A stretch of 64,000 nucleotides of DNA from assembly GCA_964466035.1 (NCBI GenBank), contig CAYXLR010000001.1:114130-178129 (forward strand), given 5' to 3'. This DNA is from an uncultured Thermotogae bacterium (lineage in GTDB: Bacteria; Bipolaricaulota; Bipolaricaulia; UBA7950; UBA9294). Below, in pieces: positions 61,203 to 64,000 of this stretch; within the stretch, counting starts at the first letter, position 1; every line of letters begins with the position of its first letter. The translations under genes were made by a program, and so were the position numbers. The notes beneath the pieces are model-generated. The model saw nothing but the letters and a program-made list of their open reading frames with translations, made no database searches and was not told where the DNA came from.

Positions 61203-61690
61203 CCCCGGCTCTCGCTGAGCTCGCAGAGTTCGCAAAGAAAAACTCAGAGTGGAAACCCGTCGGCTTCCCCTTGGCGCCCTCTGCGTCTTTGCGAGAGGTG
61301 GGGAAACCGTCCCGGTCTCTCGCCAAGCTCGCCAAGGCGCAGAGCAGAACCCAGATCACCTGCCGCACAAATGAAAAGGGTTGAGCTTGTCTTGGCGTCC
61401 TTTGCGCCTCTGCGAGAAGTAGGGAAACCATCTCAGCCTCTCGCCAAGCTCGCCAAGGCGCAGAGCAGAACCCGGGGGTACTCACCTCGTGAATGGGGAA
61501 GCTCAAGCCTCCCTTGGCGTTTGGCGTTCTTCGCGCCTTTGCGAGAGGTAGGGAAACCGTCCCAGCCTCTCGCCAAGCTCGCCAAGGCGCAAAGCTGCCC
61601 CCGGATCGCCTGCCGTGTGAATGGGAAGTATTAAGCTTTCCTTGGCGCCCTCTGCGCCTTTGCGAGAGATGCCTTTCCTTGGTGGCTCTA
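61203..61690. repeat. Tandem array of ~4.5 structured ~120-nt units filling the mnmE/recJ convergent spacer
   Basis: Units at approx. 61203-61268 (partial), 61269-61390, 61391-61511, 61512-61640 and 61641-61690 (partial). Shared core CTTGGCG..C(T/C)TTGCGAGAGGT(A/G)GGGAAACCGTCCC.GCCTCTCGCCAAGCTCGCCAAGGCGCA(G/A)AGC. No credible ORF. Confidence 0.85.
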
Positions 61691-63424
61691 GAAGGAGGGC
61701 GATTCGGCGACGAGGTCGATCCCCTGGATCTGGACGCTTCCGCGCCAATCGTCGAAGCCGGCGTGACCGACGAGGCCGATCGGCTCGGCCCGCTCGAACG
61801 CGTCGAGGTACTTCGCCATCCGGAACGCGATGAACGGAAGCGACGCGCCGTTCTGGGTCACCTGCCCCTTGAGGTGCTGCTTCCGGTTCCCGACGAGCGT
61901 CAGATCCGAGAACGTGCAATCCGAGAGGAGGAACCGCGGCCTGGGGTTTCCCGGGCCGAACGGACCGAGGGAGATCAGGTCGGCGTGGAAGCGGGAATCG
62001 ACGTCGCCGATGGCGAGCCGCGCGTCGACCTCCTCGGCGGCGAGGTTCGTCAGCTCCTCGCGCCGCGCGGCGCCGTACGCGTACAGCCGCTCCTCCAGTC
62101 GCGGAAGGTTCTCGTTGGCGACGGAGAAGCCGGCGGCCATCCGATGCCCGCCGTACTGGAGCAGCAGGTCGCCCTGCGCCTCGAGACAGGCGCTGATGTC
62201 GAACTCGCCGACGGACCGGCACGACCCGCGGCTGACGCGATCGCCCCGGGAGACGACGACCGAGGGCACGCGGAACCGCTCGGTGAGGTACGACGCGACG
62301 AGGCCGAGGATCCCCTCGTTCCAGTACTTCCCCGTGACGAAGACGAACCCGTCCTCCTGCGGGTTCAGCGCCTCCTCGCGGATGAACTCCTCCGCCTGGG
62401 CGATCAGGTCGTTCTGCGCGATCTCCCGATCGCGGTTGTAGTCGAGGAGGATCTCGGCGAGGTACTCCGCCTGATCCGGGATCTCGGTGATCAGAAGGAG
62501 GAAGGCGACCTTCGGGTCGCCGGCGCGATTCGCCGCGTTCAGCTTCGGGGCAACGAGGTAGCCGATGTCCGAGGTGTTGATCTTCTTCGGGTTGACGGAG
62601 AGCTTCTCGAACAGGACGCGGAGGCCCTGGGACGAACCCTCTCCCCTTCCGATCAGCGAGAACGCCTCGCGGACGAAGGCGCGGTTCTCGCTCTCGCCGT
62701 CGGACGACAGCGGGACGAGATCGGCGACCGTCCCGAGCGCGACGAGGTCGAGGAACTGCGTCGGGGCGGGCTTCCCGAGGCGCTCGTAGAGGGCGCGGAC
62801 GAGCTTGTACGCGACCCCCACGCCGGCGAGCTGCCGGTTCGGGTAGGACTCCCCTTCGCGGTGGGCGTCGATGATCGCCAGCGCACTGGGAAGCGGCTCC
62901 GGGGGGAGGTGATGATCGGTGACGATCGTGTCGATCCCCGCCTCGTTGAGGGCGTCGATCTCGGCGTGGTTGGTCACGCCGCAGTCGGTCGTGATCACCA
63001 GGCCGAACTCCTCCTCGATCGCGCGGAGGACGAACGGTCGCGAGATGCCGTGTCCGCTCGTCCGGTCCCCGACGTCGACCTTCAGCGTGTTCTGCGGGAG
63101 AAGAGGTCGGAGCCCGCGGTAGAGGACGGCCGCCCCGGTCAGCCCGTCGACGTCGAAATCGCCGTGGATGAAGATCCGCTCTCCGGACTCGATCGCCGTC
63201 TTGACGCGGTCGACCGCCCGCTCCATGTCGGAGAAGAGAAACGGGGAATGGAAGCTGCGGACGCCGGGATCGATGAGGGACTCCCACGTCGTACCACCGC
63301 GCTGGGCGAGGAGGACGGCGAACGGACGGGCGCAGCTGAGCGACGAGCGGATCCCTTCGACGAGGGCTTCGTCCGGCCCGGGAGCGAGTCTCCACGCTCT
63401 CCCGGGCCGAAGGAGGGACCTCAT
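61688..63424 (-). CDS. recJ: Single-stranded-DNA-specific exonuclease RecJ
   Basis: ORF track 61688..63916 trimmed to ATG 63424 (ATGA overlap with the secF stop). IFIHGDFDVDGLTGAAVL, ITTDCG, IVTDHH, GGHRMAAGF. Confidence 0.9.
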   Translation of the reverse strand: MRSLLRPGRAWRLAPGPDEALVEGIRSSLSCARPFAVLLAQRGGTTWESLIDPGVRSFHSPFLFSDMERAVDRVKTAIESGERIFIHGDFDVDGLTGAAVLYRGLRPLLPQNTLKVDVGDRTSGHGISRPFVLRAIEEEFGLVITTDCGVTNHAEIDALNEAGIDTIVTDHHLPPEPLPSALAIIDAHREGESYPNRQLAGVGVAYKLVRALYERLGKPAPTQFLDLVALGTVADLVPLSSDGESENRAFVREAFSLIGRGEGSSQGLRVLFEKLSVNPKKINTSDIGYLVAPKLNAANRAGDPKVAFLLLITEIPDQAEYLAEILLDYNRDREIAQNDLIAQAEEFIREEALNPQEDGFVFVTGKYWNEGILGLVASYLTERFRVPSVVVSRGDRVSRGSCRSVGEFDISACLEAQGDLLLQYGGHRMAAGFSVANENLPRLEERLYAYGAARREELTNLAAEEVDARLAIGDVDSRFHADLISLGPFGPGNPRPRFLLSDCTFSDLTLVGNRKQHLKGQVTQNGASLPFIAFRMAKYLDAFERAEPIGLVGHAGFDDWRGSVQIQGIDLVAESPSF

Positions 63425-64000
63425 CTCCCCTTCTTCGCTTTGTCCGCCCGAAGGCTCCAGGCGTAGAGGATCGGGTTGGCGATGTACATCGACGAGTAGG
63501 TCCCGACGATGACGCCGATCAGCAGGGCGAGGGAGAACCCTCGCAGGACGCTGCCTCCGAACAGGAAGAGGATGATGACCGGAATGAAGGTCGTGATCGA
63601 CGTGTTCAGCGTCCGGGACAGCGACTGGTTCACGCTGTGGTTGATGATCTCGAAGACCGACCGGCGGCGCTCGATCTTCAGGTTCTCGCGGATCCGGTCG
63701 TAGATGACGATCGTGTCGTTCAGCGAGTACCCGACGATCGTCAGGAACGCGGCGATCGTCGCCAGGTTGACCTCGACCTGAAAGATCGAGAAGACGCCGA
63801 GCGCGATGACCACGTCGTGGAGGATCGCCGCGACGGCGCCGATCGCGTAGCGGAGGCGGAACCGCCACGAGATGTAGACGAGGATCGCCACGAGTGCGAG
63901 CAGGACGGCCTGCCACCCCTTCTGCGCCAGCTCCTGGCTGACCTGCTGACCGATCAGGCGGCGGGAGATGTCCTCGACGGGAAAGTCGGCGCGGAGGGTC
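63421..64000 (-). CDS. secF: Protein-export membrane protein SecF (or SecDF); N-terminus lies beyond the window end
   Basis: The frame stays open to position 64000 (…LIGQQVSQELAQKGWQAVLLALVAILVYISWRF...). AFLTIVGYSLNDTIVIYDRIREN, ITTFIPVIILFLFGG. Confidence 0.85.
   Translation of the reverse strand, partial: TLRADFPVEDISRRLIGQQVSQELAQKGWQAVLLALVAILVYISWRFRLRYAIGAVAAILHDVVIALGVFSIFQVEVNLATIAAFLTIVGYSLNDTIVIYDRIRENLKIERRRSVFEIINHSVNQSLSRTLNTSITTFIPVIILFLFGGSVLRGFSLALLIGVIVGTYSSMYIANPILYAWSLRADKAKKGR

Overview
GC-rich bacterial chromosomal segment. It holds about 58 protein genes and one tRNA, mostly on the minus strand, and many genes are linked by 4-nt ATGA/GTGA stop-start overlaps. I found no rRNA, transposase, integrase, CRISPR array or recognisable defence island.

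Gene content is housekeeping and cell-envelope:
- Transport: phnE-phnC-phnD phosphonate transporter, a BMP-family (nucleoside-type) ABC transporter, an ABC-2 exporter, and an Opp/Dpp-type ATPase pair.
- Regulation: a Crp/Fnr + PAS histidine kinase + CheY operon, and an ECF sigma/anti-sigma operon with PKD-domain surface proteins.
- Envelope: orphan mraY, head-to-head lnt/lgt, lptB plus an LptC-like gene, an O-antigen-ligase/TPR protein, ctpA, secG, secA, secF, yidC-jag-mnmE.
- Chaperones: hrcA-grpE-dnaK-dnaJ with a CIRCE operator.
- Metabolism and other: tRNA-Leu(CAG), pyrG, rdgB, a geranylgeranyl-reductase-family flavoprotein next to gpsA, ahcY, an EamA transporter, patatin, ferredoxin, glnA, a DEAD-box helicase, ribE-ribBA-ribH-hisS, recJ.

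The ORF track prints M for GTG/TTG starts. It also often fuses real genes to Arg/Pro/Gly-rich upstream read-through, so I trimmed those starts. I added one gene the track misses: phnE at the left edge.

The most unusual signals are non-coding:
1. Downstream of dnaK and of glnA there are extra copies of each gene's last 9-11 codons, including a stop codon. These copies are separated by GNRA-capped GC hairpins.
2. Two long tandem arrays occupy the spacers upstream of secA (4 x ~104 nt) and downstream of mnmE (~4.5 x ~120 nt). Both carry weaker similarity to the adjacent gene's 3' end.
3. A dispersed family of CTC-TNC-GAG hairpins with compensatory flanks recurs in several spacers.

The most interesting protein-level oddity is an uncharacterised 447-aa protein translationally coupled to an mraY that sits outside any dcw cluster. 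All functional readings of these elements are inference. The tandem structures also need read-level confirmation in case this is a metagenomic assembly.
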